Shown here one piece after another: positions 10,719-21,439 of a stretch of 64,000 nucleotides of DNA. Numbering within the stretch: position 1 is the stretch's first letter; each line of letters begins with the position of its first letter. The stretch covers positions 1,568,001 through 1,632,000 of the forward strand of contig OY970218.1 of the NCBI GenBank assembly GCA_963713975.1, written 5' to 3'. Below the pieces are notes generated by a model. The model was not told the DNA's origin and made no database searches. It saw nothing but the letters and a program-made list of their open reading frames with translations. Origin of the DNA: an uncultured Chloroflexia bacterium. Lineage in GTDB: Bacteria > Chloroflexota > Limnocylindria > Limnocylindrales > CSP1-4. The translations under genes and the position numbers were made by a program.

Positions 10719-12134
10719 TCAGCCGCCGCCCGCCCCTCCCTCGAGGCCCGGTTCGGTCATCCTGGCCGGGTCCAGCAGCTCGTCGAGCCGGTCCGGTGCG
10801 ATGCCCTTCTCGAGCGCCAGCTCCCGGATCGTCCGCCCGGTCTTGAACCCCTCCTTGGCGAGCGCTGCGGCCGCGTCGTAGCCGATCTCCGGGGCCAGCG
10901 CGGTCGCCAGCATCAGCCCCTGCTGGACGAGCAGCGGGCCACGATCCGTCGCCTTCAGGCCCTCCACCAGCCGGACCTTGAAGTTGCGGGCCGATGCCCC
11001 GAGGAGCGTGATGGACTCGAGGAGCGCCAGCGCCGTCACCGGCATCATCACGTTGAGCTCGAGGAATGAGCCGGTCTGGCCGAACGCGACCGTGGCGTCG
11101 TTGCCGACGACCCGGGCCACGACCATCGTGAGCGACTCCACGATCACCGGGTTCACCTTGCCCGGCATGATCGACGAACCGGGTTGGGTCTCTGGCAGCG
11201 CCAGCTCCGCGAGGCCGGCACGCGGACCCATGCCCATGAACCTGATGTCCGACGCGATCTTCCACAGGCCCAGCGCGACGGCTCGCAGCCCGCCGTGCGC
11301 CGCGATCGCCGCGTCCAGCGTCGCCTGTGCATGGAAGTGGTTCGACGCCTCGCGGACGTGGAGGCCGGTGATCTCGGACAGGCGCATGCAGGCGCGGGCC
11401 GCGTACTCGGGATGGGCGTTGATCCCCGTCCCGACGGCGGTCCCGCCCAGCGGCACCGTGAGCAGCTCGTCCCGGGCGGCCTGGGCCCGGCGGATCGCCT
11501 CCTCGACCTGGCCGGCGTAGCCGGCGAACTCCTGGCCGAGGCGGATCGGGGTGGCGTCCTGGAGGTGGGTTCGACCGGTCTTGACGACGTCCCAGAACTC
11601 GTCCGCCTTGGTCGCGAGGGCGGCCTGGAGCTCGATGAGGGCCGGAATCAGCTCCTCCTCGATCGCGACCGCGCCGGCAAGCTGGAGCGCCGTGGGGATC
11701 GTGTCGTTGGAGCTCTGGCACTTGTTCACGTCGTCGTTGGGGTGGACCTTCGCACCGCCCAGCCGCGCCGCCGCGAGGTGGCCGATCACCTCGTTCATGT
11801 TGGTGTTGGTGCTGGTCCCCGAGCCCGTCTGGTAGACGTCGATGGGGAAGTGGGCGTCATAGCCGCCCTCGGCAACCTCTCCAGCCGCCGCGATGATGGC
11901 CGAGGCCTTGGCGGCGTCGAGCAGGCCCAGCTCCGCATTGGTCTCGGCGGCGGCGATCTTCACCAGCGCGAGCGCCCGCAGGAAGCGGCGAGGCATCGGC
12001 TGTCCGGAGATCGGGAAGTTGAGGACGGCGCGTTGCGTGGAGGCGCCGTACAGGGCGTCGGCGGGGACCTCCATCTCGCCCATGGAGTCGCGCTCGATCC
12101 TGGTGGCCGTGGTGGCGTTCGTCTCGGTGCTCAT
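10719..12134 (-). CDS. fumC: Class II fumarate hydratase
   Basis: RIERDSMG, QTGSGTSTN, QSSNDT, GRTHLQDATP, GSSIMPGKVNP. Confidence 0.95.
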   Translation of the reverse strand: MSTETNATTATRIERDSMGEMEVPADALYGASTQRAVLNFPISGQPMPRRFLRALALVKIAAAETNAELGLLDAAKASAIIAAAGEVAEGGYDAHFPIDVYQTGSGTSTNTNMNEVIGHLAAARLGGAKVHPNDDVNKCQSSNDTIPTALQLAGAVAIEEELIPALIELQAALATKADEFWDVVKTGRTHLQDATPIRLGQEFAGYAGQVEEAIRRAQAARDELLTVPLGGTAVGTGINAHPEYAARACMRLSEITGLHVREASNHFHAQATLDAAIAAHGGLRAVALGLWKIASDIRFMGMGPRAGLAELALPETQPGSSIMPGKVNPVIVESLTMVVARVVGNDATVAFGQTGSFLELNVMMPVTALALLESITLLGASARNFKVRLVEGLKATDRGPLLVQQGLMLATALAPEIGYDAAAALAKEGFKTGRTIRELALEKGIAPDRLDELLDPARMTEPGLEGGAGGG

Positions 12135-12210
12135 GCCCGCGATGGTAGTGCCGGTCGCGTCCGCGCGTGAGGTGCCTGTTGGCCCGGTGGCAGGGCCGTA
12201 TGCTCCGGGG

Positions 12211-12747
12211 GTGAACGTCTCGACCGCCGAGTTCCGCACCGTGATGGGCCAGTTTGCGACCGGGGTCACCGTCGTGACCACGCTGGACGGGGAGCGGCCC
12301 CTCGGGATCACTGTCAACGCCCTGACGTCGGTCAGCCTCGATCCCGCGACGGTGGTGATCGCCCTCGACCGCAGGCGGTTCATCGTCCCGGCGATCGACG
12401 CGCTCCGCGGCTACGCCGTGAACGTCCTGGCCGAGGACCAGCAGTGGTTGTCCGACTGCTTCGCCGGGGCCAGCGTCACCCCGGGGCGGGACGCGTTCTG
12501 CGGGGCGGCCTGGCACCCGGGCGCCACGGGCCTGCCCCTGCTGGACGGCGCCATCGCGGCGATGGAATGTGAGGTCGTGGACCGTTTCGAGGTCGGCGAC
12601 CACTACCTCTACGTGGGGCAGGTTGGCGCCCTGGCGCTCGACGAGCCGCATGCGCCGCCGCTGCTCTACCACCGCAAGCGGTACCTGCGGATCGAGCGTG
12701 CGATCTCCTCGAACGTGGTTGGCAAGCCCGAGTCGCCGGAGGGCTGA
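12211..12747 (+). CDS. Flavin reductase family protein
   Basis: FRTVMGQFATGVTVVT, SVSLDP, GDHYLYVG, PLLY. Confidence 0.9.
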   Translation: MNVSTAEFRTVMGQFATGVTVVTTLDGERPLGITVNALTSVSLDPATVVIALDRRRFIVPAIDALRGYAVNVLAEDQQWLSDCFAGASVTPGRDAFCGAAWHPGATGLPLLDGAIAAMECEVVDRFEVGDHYLYVGQVGALALDEPHAPPLLYHRKRYLRIERAISSNVVGKPESPEG

Positions 12748-12783
12748 GCATGGCGCACGCGAACGGCGCCGAAGGAGGGACCG

Positions 12784-13602
12784 ATGACGGACCAGGACAC
12801 GCGGCCCGACGACTCCCCGCTGGTGCAGGTCGCATTCCCGGCCGGTGACGGCCCCCTCGCGCATGTGGCGCTCCTGACCCTCGACCGCCCCGAGGCGATG
12901 AACGCCCTGTCCTTCGCGCTCGTCGCGGAGCTGGGCGGGATCCTGGCCGTGCTCGATGGGGACGAGGCCTGCCGGGCCATCGTGATCACCGGCGCCGGCG
13001 ACCGCGCGTTCGCCGCCGGTGCGGACATCCGCGAGCTCGCCGGTGAGTCGCCGCACTCGCTGCACGATGCAGACCCGTTCGCGGCGCTCGATGGCATCGG
13101 TGACCTGCGGACGCCCGTCATCGCCGCCGTCCGCGGCTTCGCGCTCGGCGGAGGCTGCGAGCTGGCCATGGCCTGCGACCTGATCGTCGCCGGCGACAAC
13201 GCCCAGCTCGGCCAGCCCGAGATCAGGCTCGGCGTGATCCCGGGCGCGGGCGGGACCCAGCGCCTGACACGGGCCATCGGGCGGGCCCGGGCCATGGAGC
13301 TCATCCTGACCGGACGCCGGATCGGCGCAGCCGAGGCAGAACGGATGGGCCTCGTGACCAAGGTGGTCCCGGCCGACGAGACCGTGGACCGCGCGCTGGA
13401 GCTGGCGGGCCGGATCGCCGAGATGCCGCCGCTTGCCGTCGCCGCGGCCAAGGCGTCCGTGAACGCGACCCAGGGCCTGTCCTTGGCCCGGGGGCTCCGC
13501 TTCGAGCGCGACCGTTTCGAAGCCCTGTTTGCCACGGACGACCAGCGCGAGGGCATGGTCGCGTTCCTGGAGAAGCGCCCCGCGGTGTGGACGGGCAGCT
13601 GA
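12784..13602 (+). CDS. Enoyl-CoA hydratase (PaaF-like)
   Basis: AFAAGADI, ALGGGCEL, GQPEIRLGVIPGAGGTQRL, DQREGMVAFLEKR. Confidence 0.93.
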   Translation: MTDQDTRPDDSPLVQVAFPAGDGPLAHVALLTLDRPEAMNALSFALVAELGGILAVLDGDEACRAIVITGAGDRAFAAGADIRELAGESPHSLHDADPFAALDGIGDLRTPVIAAVRGFALGGGCELAMACDLIVAGDNAQLGQPEIRLGVIPGAGGTQRLTRAIGRARAMELILTGRRIGAAEAERMGLVTKVVPADETVDRALELAGRIAEMPPLAVAAAKASVNATQGLSLARGLRFERDRFEALFATDDQREGMVAFLEKRPAVWTGS

Positions 13603-13661
13603 CGTCTCGGATGCCCTCTGGCCGCCCGCAGCCCAGCCCGCCCGACGGGCGGACCAACGCG

Positions 13662-14471
13662 TCAGGAACGCGACTCTGACCGCAGCACCCGGGCAAGGAA
13701 TGCGCGGGTGCGTGGCTGCTGCGGATCGTCGAGCACGTCCGTCGGCGCTCCAGCCTCCAGGACGACGCCGTCATCGAGGAAGACCAGCGAGTCGGCGACC
13801 TCGCGCGCGAAGCCCATCTCGTGCGTGACGACGACCATGGTCATGCCGCCGTCGGCGAGTTGGCGCATAGCGTCGAGCACCTCGCCGACCAGCTCCGGGT
13901 CCAGCGCCGAGGTCGGCTCGTCGAAGAGCATCAACTTGGGGTCCATCGCGAGGGCGCGCGCGATGGCGACGCGCTGCTGCTGACCGCCGGAGAGCTGGGC
14001 CGGATAGGCATTCGCCTTGTGCGCGAGGCCGACGCTCGCGAGCAGCTCGCGGGCCCGATCCTCCGCCTCGGACCTCACCACCTTCCGGACAGAGACCATC
14101 GCCATCGTCACGTTGCCGAGCGCCGTCACGTGCGGGAAGAGGTTGAACCGCTGGAAGACCATCCCGATCTCGCGGCGCTGGAGCGCGGCCTGCCTGTGCG
14201 GCATCTCGTGGAGGGCGCCACCGCGCTCCACGTACCCGATCAGCACGCCATCGACGTAGAGCCGACCCGCGCTGATCTGCTCCAGGTGGTTGACGCACCG
14301 CAGGAAGGTGGACTTGCCCGATCCCGACGGCCCGATGAGGCACATCACCTCGCCCGGCATCACGGTCAGGCTGACGCCCTTCAGAACCTCGAGGGCGCCG
14401 AAGCTCTTGTACACGCTCCGAGCCTCCACCATGGGGCGGACGGCGGCGCCCGGCGGCGCCGATGTGGTCAT
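13662..14471 (-). CDS. Polar amino acid ABC transporter ATP-binding protein
   Basis: [34 protein letters not shown]. Confidence 0.95.
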   Translation of the reverse strand: MTTSAPPGAAVRPMVEARSVYKSFGALEVLKGVSLTVMPGEVMCLIGPSGSGKSTFLRCVNHLEQISAGRLYVDGVLIGYVERGGALHEMPHRQAALQRREIGMVFQRFNLFPHVTALGNVTMAMVSVRKVVRSEAEDRARELLASVGLAHKANAYPAQLSGGQQQRVAIARALAMDPKLMLFDEPTSALDPELVGEVLDAMRQLADGGMTMVVVTHEMGFAREVADSLVFLDDGVVLEAGAPTDVLDDPQQPRTRAFLARVLRSESRS

Positions 14472-15433
14472 GCGCCGGCTCCCGCGGTCGGGCCGGCCTT
14501 TTCCTCGGCGTCAGCGAGGGCCTGGAGCTGCCGGTCGGACAGCGTGCGCGAGGCACCTCTCGCAAAGTACCGCTCGAGGTACGACTGGCCGACCATCAGG
14601 ATCGACGTGAAGAACAGATACCAGGTGGACGCGATGAGGAGCATGGGCACCGGATTGAACGTCTCTACGGCCAGGTCGCGGGTCCGGCTGTAGAGGTCGA
14701 AGGTGTAGGGGACCGCCGTGACCAGCGAGGTCGTCTTGAGCATCGAGATCAGCTCGTTGCCCGTCGGCGGGATGATCGCACGCATGGCCTGCGGGAGGAC
14801 GACGAGCCGGAGCGTCTGCCCGCGTGACATCCCGAGTGCAGTCGCTGCCTCCGTCTGTCCCTCGTCCACCGTCTGGATTCCGGCCCGGACGATCTCCGCC
14901 ATGTAGGCGGCCTCGTTCAGGCCCAGGCCGATGACGGCGAGCCAGAACACGTCCTCGGCGAAGCTCGAGGTCGGAATGCTGAACAGCGGGTCTAGGGTCG
15001 GCAGGCCGATGCCGACCCTCGGGTAGATGGTCGAGAGCAAGCCCCAGAACACCAGCTGAATGTAGACCGGTGTTCCACGGAAGACCCACAGGTAGACCCA
15101 GCTGGTGGACCGGGTGACGGGGTTGGGGGTCAGCCGCATGATCGCGAGCACGACCCCCAGCGCCACGCCGATCACCATCGAGAGGAGCGTGAGGATGAGC
15201 GTGTTTCCCGCCGCCTGGACGACCCGCGGGTCGAACAGGTACTGGCGGTAGGTGTCCCAGCTGTACGCCTCGTTGGTCGCCGCGCCATGCAGGAACAGGA
15301 CGATGGCGACCAGGATGAAGGCTGCGGCGAGGTTCCGGGCCCGGTGCGGGAGTGCGATGGCCTTGATGCGGTCCGGGGGTCCGGACGGCGCCATGCCCCG
15401 GCCGGCAGGCCCGGTGCTCGTCGCGGCGCTCAT
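14468..15433 (-). CDS. Polar amino acid ABC transporter permease
   Basis: [32 protein letters not shown]. Confidence 0.95.
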   Translation of the reverse strand: MSAATSTGPAGRGMAPSGPPDRIKAIALPHRARNLAAAFILVAIVLFLHGAATNEAYSWDTYRQYLFDPRVVQAAGNTLILTLLSMVIGVALGVVLAIMRLTPNPVTRSTSWVYLWVFRGTPVYIQLVFWGLLSTIYPRVGIGLPTLDPLFSIPTSSFAEDVFWLAVIGLGLNEAAYMAEIVRAGIQTVDEGQTEAATALGMSRGQTLRLVVLPQAMRAIIPPTGNELISMLKTTSLVTAVPYTFDLYSRTRDLAVETFNPVPMLLIASTWYLFFTSILMVGQSYLERYFARGASRTLSDRQLQALADAEEKAGPTAGAGA

Positions 15434-15434
15434 C

Positions 15435-16367
15435 TCAGTAGACGGCGCCGTCGATCGTCGCCGTGTCGATCGCGCCGTCCTGGACGCCCCACCGGGTCAG
15501 GATCTTCAGGTACGTGCCGTCGTCCATCAGCGACTGCATCGCAGCCTGAATCGCCTTGGTCATCGATCCGTCCTTCGGCAGCGCGATGCCGAACGGGGCC
15601 GCGTCGGACATCTCTCCCGCCGCCACCAGCTTGCCGCCCGTCTGGCTGATCGCGTACTGGGTAACCGGCGAGTCGGCGCTGAAGGCGTCCGCGCGACCAA
15701 GGACCACCGCGTTGGTGATGTCGCCCTGGGTATCGAGCTTGAGGATCTCGAGCGGGGGCTTGCCGGCGTCGACGCAGGCCTGGCTCCTCGCCGGGAGCTC
15801 GTCGGTCTCCTGCCAGGTGCCGGTCCCGACCGCGATCTTCAGGCCGCAGGCGTTGTCCGGGTCGATGGTCTTGCCGGCCTGCGTCGCCCACAGGATGCCG
15901 GCGTTGAAGTAGTCGACGAACTGGACCGACCCTTGGCGTTCCTTCGTGTCGGTGAACGACGCCCAACCGACGTTGTACTTGCCGCCCTTCACGCCCGGGA
16001 TGATGTTGTCGAACTGCGCGTCGCGGAGGTCTGCCTCGAGGCCGAGGCGAGCCGCCAGCGCCTGGACGAGCTCGATCCCCCACCCGGTCGGGTTGCCGTC
16101 TGGGTCCTTGAACTCGTCGGGCGAGTACGTGAGGTTGGTGCCCACGATCAGCTTGCCGCTGTCGCGCACCTCGGCCGGCAGCAGGGCGACCGCAGCGGCG
16201 TCCGCCTGGATCGCCGCCGCCGGCGCCGTCGCCTCGGGTGCCGCGGACGCTCCGGCCGAGGGAGTCGAGCTCGCTGCGGAGCAGGCGGCCACGGCCAGCG
16301 CGAGGGTTGAGGCGAGCGCGGTCGCCATCCATCGGGTCCGGTCGGGTCGCGTCATGATTCGTTTCAT
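15435..16367 (-). CDS. Amino acid ABC transporter substrate-binding lipoprotein (SBP family 3)
   Basis: Lipobox VAAC; YSPDEFKD, FTDTKER, FVDYF. Confidence 0.92.
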   Translation of the reverse strand: MKRIMTRPDRTRWMATALASTLALAVAACSAASSTPSAGASAAPEATAPAAAIQADAAAVALLPAEVRDSGKLIVGTNLTYSPDEFKDPDGNPTGWGIELVQALAARLGLEADLRDAQFDNIIPGVKGGKYNVGWASFTDTKERQGSVQFVDYFNAGILWATQAGKTIDPDNACGLKIAVGTGTWQETDELPARSQACVDAGKPPLEILKLDTQGDITNAVVLGRADAFSADSPVTQYAISQTGGKLVAAGEMSDAAPFGIALPKDGSMTKAIQAAMQSLMDDGTYLKILTRWGVQDGAIDTATIDGAVY

Positions 16368-17398
16368 CTGGGCTGCCTTTCGCTGCTGGGGGGCCTGGTG
16401 TTGATCGGACCGGGCGCCATGGCGGCGCCATGTCGGGCCGGCAGGGGAAGGGAGAGCCGGATCCCACGCGCCTCGCCGAAGGCGAGGACATCGGCCTCGC
16501 TCGCGGCACCGGCCCGGCCTCCGATGACGGTGCACGCCCGCGCCGCAGCGACGTTCGCGAAGCGGGCGGCGAGGACGGCATCACCCGTCCGGTGGAGCGC
16601 GTGGATGAACGAGGCGCCGAAGGTGTCGCCGGCGCCGGTGACATCGACCGGATCGACGCTGATCCCCGGGATGACGACCTCGGCCGATCCGTCGAAGACA
16701 CGGCAGCCGTCCGGCCCGAGAGTCACGACCACAACTTCGGCCGCGCCCGCGAGGAGCGCGGCGACGGTCTCGGCACCACTCCGGCCTCCCCGGAGGCGTT
16801 CGAAGCCTCGGCGGTTCATCAACAGGATGTCCACGCTCCTGAGGAGCGCCTCGTCGCCCGGACGCAGCGCCCCGACGTCCAGGTCCAGGACGAGGCATGC
16901 TCCCGCCGACCGGAATGCGTCGACCACGGCACCGGCGTCCCGGCCGCCGTGCCGGAGCGACCGCAGGTCGCCGATGGCAGTGTAGACGTGGGTCGCGCCG
17001 CACAGCGCGTCGAGCGCCACGTCGCTGAGCTCGATCGCCTCGAGGCCGAGGGCCGGTGTCAGCACGGTATGCTCGCCATCGGCCAGCACGATGATGTTTC
17101 GCGAATCCGCGAGCGCCGGGTCGGCAAGCACGAGGCCCGTGTCGATCCCGAGAGCCTCGAGCTCGTCGAGGAGCGCGCGGGACATCGGGCTCTGGTTCAT
17201 CACCCACAGGAATCGCGTCGGCGCGCCGTAGGCGGCATGGACTGCCGCCGCATTCGCGATCATGCCGCCGGCGAACGAGCCGGCCGGAACGATGTCGACC
17301 TTCTCGCCGGAGCCGGGCCAGCGGTCCGCGCGGAAGTACTCGTCGAGCGCGACGTCGCCGAGGAAGACGGCGGCGTTGCGCGCCGGCCCGGCGGTCAC
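16364..17398 (-). CDS. PfkB-family carbohydrate kinase
   Basis: GGMIANAA, VVTLGPDG, DVTGAGDTFG; GTG start overlaps the upstream stop. Confidence 0.9.
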   Translation of the reverse strand: MTAGPARNAAVFLGDVALDEYFRADRWPGSGEKVDIVPAGSFAGGMIANAAAVHAAYGAPTRFLWVMNQSPMSRALLDELEALGIDTGLVLADPALADSRNIIVLADGEHTVLTPALGLEAIELSDVALDALCGATHVYTAIGDLRSLRHGGRDAGAVVDAFRSAGACLVLDLDVGALRPGDEALLRSVDILLMNRRGFERLRGGRSGAETVAALLAGAAEVVVVTLGPDGCRVFDGSAEVVIPGISVDPVDVTGAGDTFGASFIHALHRTGDAVLAARFANVAAARACTVIGGRAGAASEADVLAFGEARGIRLSLPLPARHGAAMAPGPINTRPPSSERQPR

Positions 17399-17922
17399 GA
17401 GGCGGGCTCCGAGCCCGGCGCCGACCGGGGTTCGGCCGCTGGCGCCCCCACTTGGACCGGGCCGCCGAGGATCTCCGCCCAAGGCGACTCGGGCGAGGCG
17501 CTGACCCCGGCGAGCCAGTAGTAGTGGCTCGGGCCCCCGATCCCCATGGCCTCGCTGTGCCAGATGCCGGGATCCAGGGAGAGACATTCGCCGGGGCGGA
17601 CGAGGACCGCGCGAACGCTGTCCACGTCCGGCCGGGTCGCTGGGTCGGCTGACAGGAGGAGGGCGACCGGCTTCCCAAGGCAGAGGAGCCCCTCGCGGGT
17701 GGTGGGGTGGCGCTCCATCCGCGCGACGTCACGGGGCAGGGCTGGACCCGAGGTCATACCCACGTGGACGGCGCCGATCACCACCGGCTCGACCGTGTAC
17801 CGGTCGCGAACGCCCTCGATCGGCTCGGCGACCACGTCGGGGCCGTCGCCGGCGAGGTCGAAGATCCGGCCGAACGGCGCCATCGCGGCTGCATCGGGCG
17901 GCGCGGGAACGAGCGATCTCAC
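17395..17922 (-). CDS. Ureidoglycolate lyase (AllA)-like cupin
   Basis: MAPFGRI, MERHPTTRE, PGIWH pattern typical of the AllA family. Confidence 0.7.
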   Translation of the reverse strand: MRSLVPAPPDAAAMAPFGRIFDLAGDGPDVVAEPIEGVRDRYTVEPVVIGAVHVGMTSGPALPRDVARMERHPTTREGLLCLGKPVALLLSADPATRPDVDSVRAVLVRPGECLSLDPGIWHSEAMGIGGPSHYYWLAGVSASPESPWAEILGGPVQVGAPAAEPRSAPGSEPAS

Positions 17923-18722
17923 GAGCGGGCTGCCTCCCGACCCAATCCGACGGTGACCGCGGCGTAGCGTTGCCGGCGCACCACTTGCACGGCTTCCATG
18001 AGCTCGGCGACCCGATCGCCCGAGACGTCGCCGGCGGCGGTCTGCGTCGCCTTGAGCGAGGTGCCGACGATCGCGGCATCCGCGATCGCCAAGGCCTCGG
18101 CGCAGTTCGCGGGCGTGATTCCCGCCCCGACGACCAGGGGGAACTCGACGCCCATGAGGGTCCGGAAGGTCTCGATCTTCTCGATCGAGGTCTCCATGCC
18201 GGTCCCGTCGCCGGTGACGACGACGGCGTCGCAGCGCTCCAGCCCGACGCGCAGGTCAACCGCTAAGTCGTTGCCCGATAGTACGGGCTGGTACTTGAAG
18301 CGGACCCCGCCCAGCAGCAGCGCGTCGTTCCGCGCGCGTAGGGCGCGGAGCTCCTCGGCAAAGCGGAGGTCGTCGGCCGGCGATAGATGCCCCGCCACCG
18401 AGTCCATCTGGACGAAGGCCGGGCCGTACCGGGCCGCCAGCGCGAACGAGGCGGCTCCGTCGTCGAGCACGTTGACACCGACCGGGACACCGGGCGGGTC
18501 CGACGCGAACTGGTCGAGGACCGCCTCGACGTCCTGTGGCGAGCCGAAGTAATCCTCGACCACCAGGCCGTCGATCCCGTTGGCGGCCAGGGTCCGGGCC
18601 TCGCGGACCGCGCGGGCCACGATGTCCGCCTGTCCGACCCCACTGAGGTGGAGCATGCCCAGGATCGGGCGATCGATCGGGAATACGCGACGGAACCGCG
18701 ACCGGGCCAGCGCGGCGCTCAC
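17919..18722 (-). CDS. BtpA/SgcQ-family TIM-barrel protein
   Basis: PILGMLHL, GIDGLVVE, GVNVL, DAVVVTGDGTG, VGAGITP, DAAIVGTSLK. Confidence 0.85.
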   Translation of the reverse strand: MSAALARSRFRRVFPIDRPILGMLHLSGVGQADIVARAVREARTLAANGIDGLVVEDYFGSPQDVEAVLDQFASDPPGVPVGVNVLDDGAASFALAARYGPAFVQMDSVAGHLSPADDLRFAEELRALRARNDALLLGGVRFKYQPVLSGNDLAVDLRVGLERCDAVVVTGDGTGMETSIEKIETFRTLMGVEFPLVVGAGITPANCAEALAIADAAIVGTSLKATQTAAGDVSGDRVAELMEAVQVVRRQRYAAVTVGLGREAARS

Positions 18723-19450
18723 GGGTTGGTCTCGTCGGGGTCGGGGAGCGATGTCGTGAGGTTGAACTGGATCCGCGACGAGTACACGATGGCGATGCGC
18801 TCGATCTCCGCCTGGTGCTGGTCGAAGGCACTTCCCTCGGCGCGCAGCAGGGCGCCAACGTCCGACGACTCGCCCAGGACGGCGCGGGTCCGGTCGCTCG
18901 GGACCTCCGCCGTGAGGCGGACGCTTGTCCGGCGCGGACGACGGCCGTGAACCGACCTGAAGTACTCGTACAGCGAGCGATTCTCGAAGTCCACGTCCTC
19001 GATCCCGGGGAAGAGGTCGAGCGGGACCCACGACGTGTCGAGCGAGAGGTACTCCGTCCCGCGCTCGCTCCGGACCCCGCGCAACCGGACCAGTTCGTGG
19101 AACGCGCGGCCGTCGAGCTCGACGCGACGGCCCGAGATCACCTTTGCCACCGCCGTCTCCGAGCGTCCGCGGAGGCTGTCCGTGAAGCCGCCGAGGTTCC
19201 AGATGTTGTGCTGGATCGGTTGGAGTTGGACGAAGGTGCCCTTGCCCTGGGCGCGCCGCACGAGGCCATCGGACTCCAGCACGTCGATCGCCGCGCGGAC
19301 GGTGCCCCGGGTCGTGCCGAACATCTCCACGAGCCTGGCCTCGGAGGGGATCGCATCGCCCATCCGGAGATCGCCATCGAGGATCAGGCCGCGCACGTAG
19401 CGGCTGATGTGCACGTAGAGCGGGGTGTAGTCGGCAGGCCCCGGCAGCAT
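18719..19450 (-). CDS. GntR/HutC-family regulator (wHTH + UTRA)
   Basis: PLYVHI, IPSEARLVEMFGTTRGTVRAA, QGKGTFV, SLYEYF. Confidence 0.93.
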   Translation of the reverse strand: MLPGPADYTPLYVHISRYVRGLILDGDLRMGDAIPSEARLVEMFGTTRGTVRAAIDVLESDGLVRRAQGKGTFVQLQPIQHNIWNLGGFTDSLRGRSETAVAKVISGRRVELDGRAFHELVRLRGVRSERGTEYLSLDTSWVPLDLFPGIEDVDFENRSLYEYFRSVHGRRPRRTSVRLTAEVPSDRTRAVLGESSDVGALLRAEGSAFDQHQAEIERIAIVYSSRIQFNLTTSLPDPDETNP

Positions 19451-19471
19451 GACTACCTCGTTGAGTCATCT

Positions 19472-19512
19472 ACTCGTCTAGACATGTTGGGTGGTGGAGC
19501 AGCGCCTGTCAA
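19472..19512 (-). promoter_or_regulatory. Promoter plus HutC/DasR-type operator of the GntR operon
   Basis: Minus-strand TTGACA (19512-19507), 17 nt, CAACAT; palindrome ACTCGTCTAGACATGT (19472-19487) overlaps -10/+1. Confidence 0.65.
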
Positions 19513-19566
19513 CACGGAATGCGCCCAGGGTGCGGAGCCGCACGTCCCGCTCCTACAATCAACGCC

Positions 19567-20796
19567 ATGACCCGAACACTCGACCGCCCGCTCCGCGAGA
19601 CCTGGATCATCGATGCCGTCCGGACGCCCATCGGACGCTATGGAGGAGCCCTCGGCGCCGTCCGCCCCGACGACCTGGCCGCGCTCGTGCTCCGGGCGAT
19701 CGTGGGCCGCACCGGGATCGACCCGGCCCTGGTCGAGGACGTGATCCTCGGCTGTGCCAACCAGGCCGGGGAGGACAATCGGAACGTGGCCCGGATGGCG
19801 GCGCTCCTGGCCGGCTTCCCGGTGGAGGTCGCGGGCCAGACCGTCAACCGGCTGTGCGGGTCCGGCCTCCAGGCGGTCAACTCCGCGGCCCACGCGATCG
19901 GAGCGGGTGACGGGGACGTGTTCATCGCCGGTGGTGTGGAGTCCATGACCCGCGCGCCATACGTGATGCTCAAGCCCGAGGCCGCGTACGACCGTGGAGC
20001 GCGGGCGCTGGAGGACACGACGCTGGGCTGGCGGTTCGTCAACCCGCGGATGCAGGAGCTCTACCCGCCGATCTCCCTGGGCGAGACCGCGGAGCGTGTC
20101 GCGGACCAGTGGAGCGTCACGCGGGACCGCCAGGACGCCTTCGCGCTCGAGAGCCAGCGACGGGCGGTGGCGGCCATCGAGGACGGGCGGTTCGCGGACC
20201 AGCTGGTGCCGGTCCCGGTCCCGGGCCGGAAGGGTGCCGTGACCGTGGTGGACCGTGACGAGCACCCGCGCGCGGACACCACCCCGGAGGCCCTCGCCAG
20301 GCTCCGGCCCGCCTTCCGGGCGGGCGGATCCGTGACCGCCGGCAACAGCTCCGGTATCAACGACGGCGCTGCTGCGCTGCTGCTGGTCGACGCGGGGCTC
20401 GCACGGGAGCTGGGGCTCCGGCCCCTGGCACGGATCGTGGCGACCGCTGTGGCAGGAGTTCACCCGGACGTGATGGGCATCGGCCCGGTGCCGGCCGTGC
20501 GCAAGGCGCTCGCGCGTGCCGGGCTGGCGGCCGGCGACCTGGACATCGTCGAGCTCAACGAGGCGTTCGCCAGCCAGTCCGTGGCATGCATGGACGAGCT
20601 CGGCCTCGATCCCGCGCGGGTGAACCCGAACGGCGGGGCGATCGCCCTCGGCCATCCGCTGGGTGCGTCCGGCGCCCGCCTGGCCACGATGCTGGTCCAC
20701 GAGCTGGCGCGGACCGGCGGGCGATACGGGATCGCCGCGATGTGCATCGGGGTGGGTCAGGGGATCGCGACGATCGTGGAGCGCGCCGAGGACTAG
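19567..20796 (+). CDS. Acetyl-CoA C-acyltransferase (thiolase, PaaJ/PcaF-like)
   Basis: [28 protein letters not shown]. Confidence 0.95.
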   Translation: MTRTLDRPLRETWIIDAVRTPIGRYGGALGAVRPDDLAALVLRAIVGRTGIDPALVEDVILGCANQAGEDNRNVARMAALLAGFPVEVAGQTVNRLCGSGLQAVNSAAHAIGAGDGDVFIAGGVESMTRAPYVMLKPEAAYDRGARALEDTTLGWRFVNPRMQELYPPISLGETAERVADQWSVTRDRQDAFALESQRRAVAAIEDGRFADQLVPVPVPGRKGAVTVVDRDEHPRADTTPEALARLRPAFRAGGSVTAGNSSGINDGAAALLLVDAGLARELGLRPLARIVATAVAGVHPDVMGIGPVPAVRKALARAGLAAGDLDIVELNEAFASQSVACMDELGLDPARVNPNGGAIALGHPLGASGARLATMLVHELARTGGRYGIAAMCIGVGQGIATIVERAED

Positions 20797-20943
20797 CGAT
20801 CTCGCGGCCGGCGGCTCGCGGCCGGCGCCCTGCGGCGGTGTTTTCGGCGGGGTGCTGGACGAAATCCGTTGCGGTGCGTACGATCGGCCGTGCCCGCACC
20901 CGTCCCGGCGCGGAGCCAGCGACCCCCGAAGGAGACCGTTCCC

Positions 20944-21354
20944 ATGCTCGACGCCCAGCCGACCGTCGACGTCACGCCCGCCGTCGTCACCCCCGTCGTG
21001 TCGCTCACCGACGCAGCCGCCTCGAAGCTGGCCGAGCTGACGAAGGAAGAGACGAATCCCGAGATCGGCCTGCGCGTGTACGTGTACTCCGGCGGCTGCT
21101 CCGGGTATCGGTACGGGATGATGCTCGAGGACCAGCCCACCGCGGACGACAAGGTCCTGCATGTCAACGGCGTCCGCGTCTACATCGACGCCAACAGTGT
21201 GCCGCTCATCTCCGGCAGCGAGATCGACTACGTGGACACGCTCATGGGCGCGGGCTTCACGGTCAACAACCCGAACGCCGTCTCGGGCTGCGGCTGCGGC
21301 TCCTCCTTCCGCACCGCCGAGGAGGCGGGCACGCCCCGCTCCTGCTCCCACTGA
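20944..21354 (+). CDS. A-type Fe-S carrier protein (HesB/IscA/ErpA)
   Basis: GGCSG, NPNAVSGCGCGSSF. Confidence 0.95.
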   Translation: MLDAQPTVDVTPAVVTPVVSLTDAAASKLAELTKEETNPEIGLRVYVYSGGCSGYRYGMMLEDQPTADDKVLHVNGVRVYIDANSVPLISGSEIDYVDTLMGAGFTVNNPNAVSGCGCGSSFRTAEEAGTPRSCSH

Positions 21355-21388
21355 CCCGCGACGGGACCGGGTCCCGTCTCCCACCCGC

Positions 21389-21412
21389 GAGCCGCCGGGA
21401 TCCCGGCGGCTC
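21389..21412 (+). terminator. GC-rich perfect palindrome after the Fe-S carrier gene
   Basis: gagccgccgggatcccggcggctc; no U-tract. Confidence 0.45.
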
Positions 21413-21439
21413 TGCCATATCCAGGCCCGCCAGCGACCG

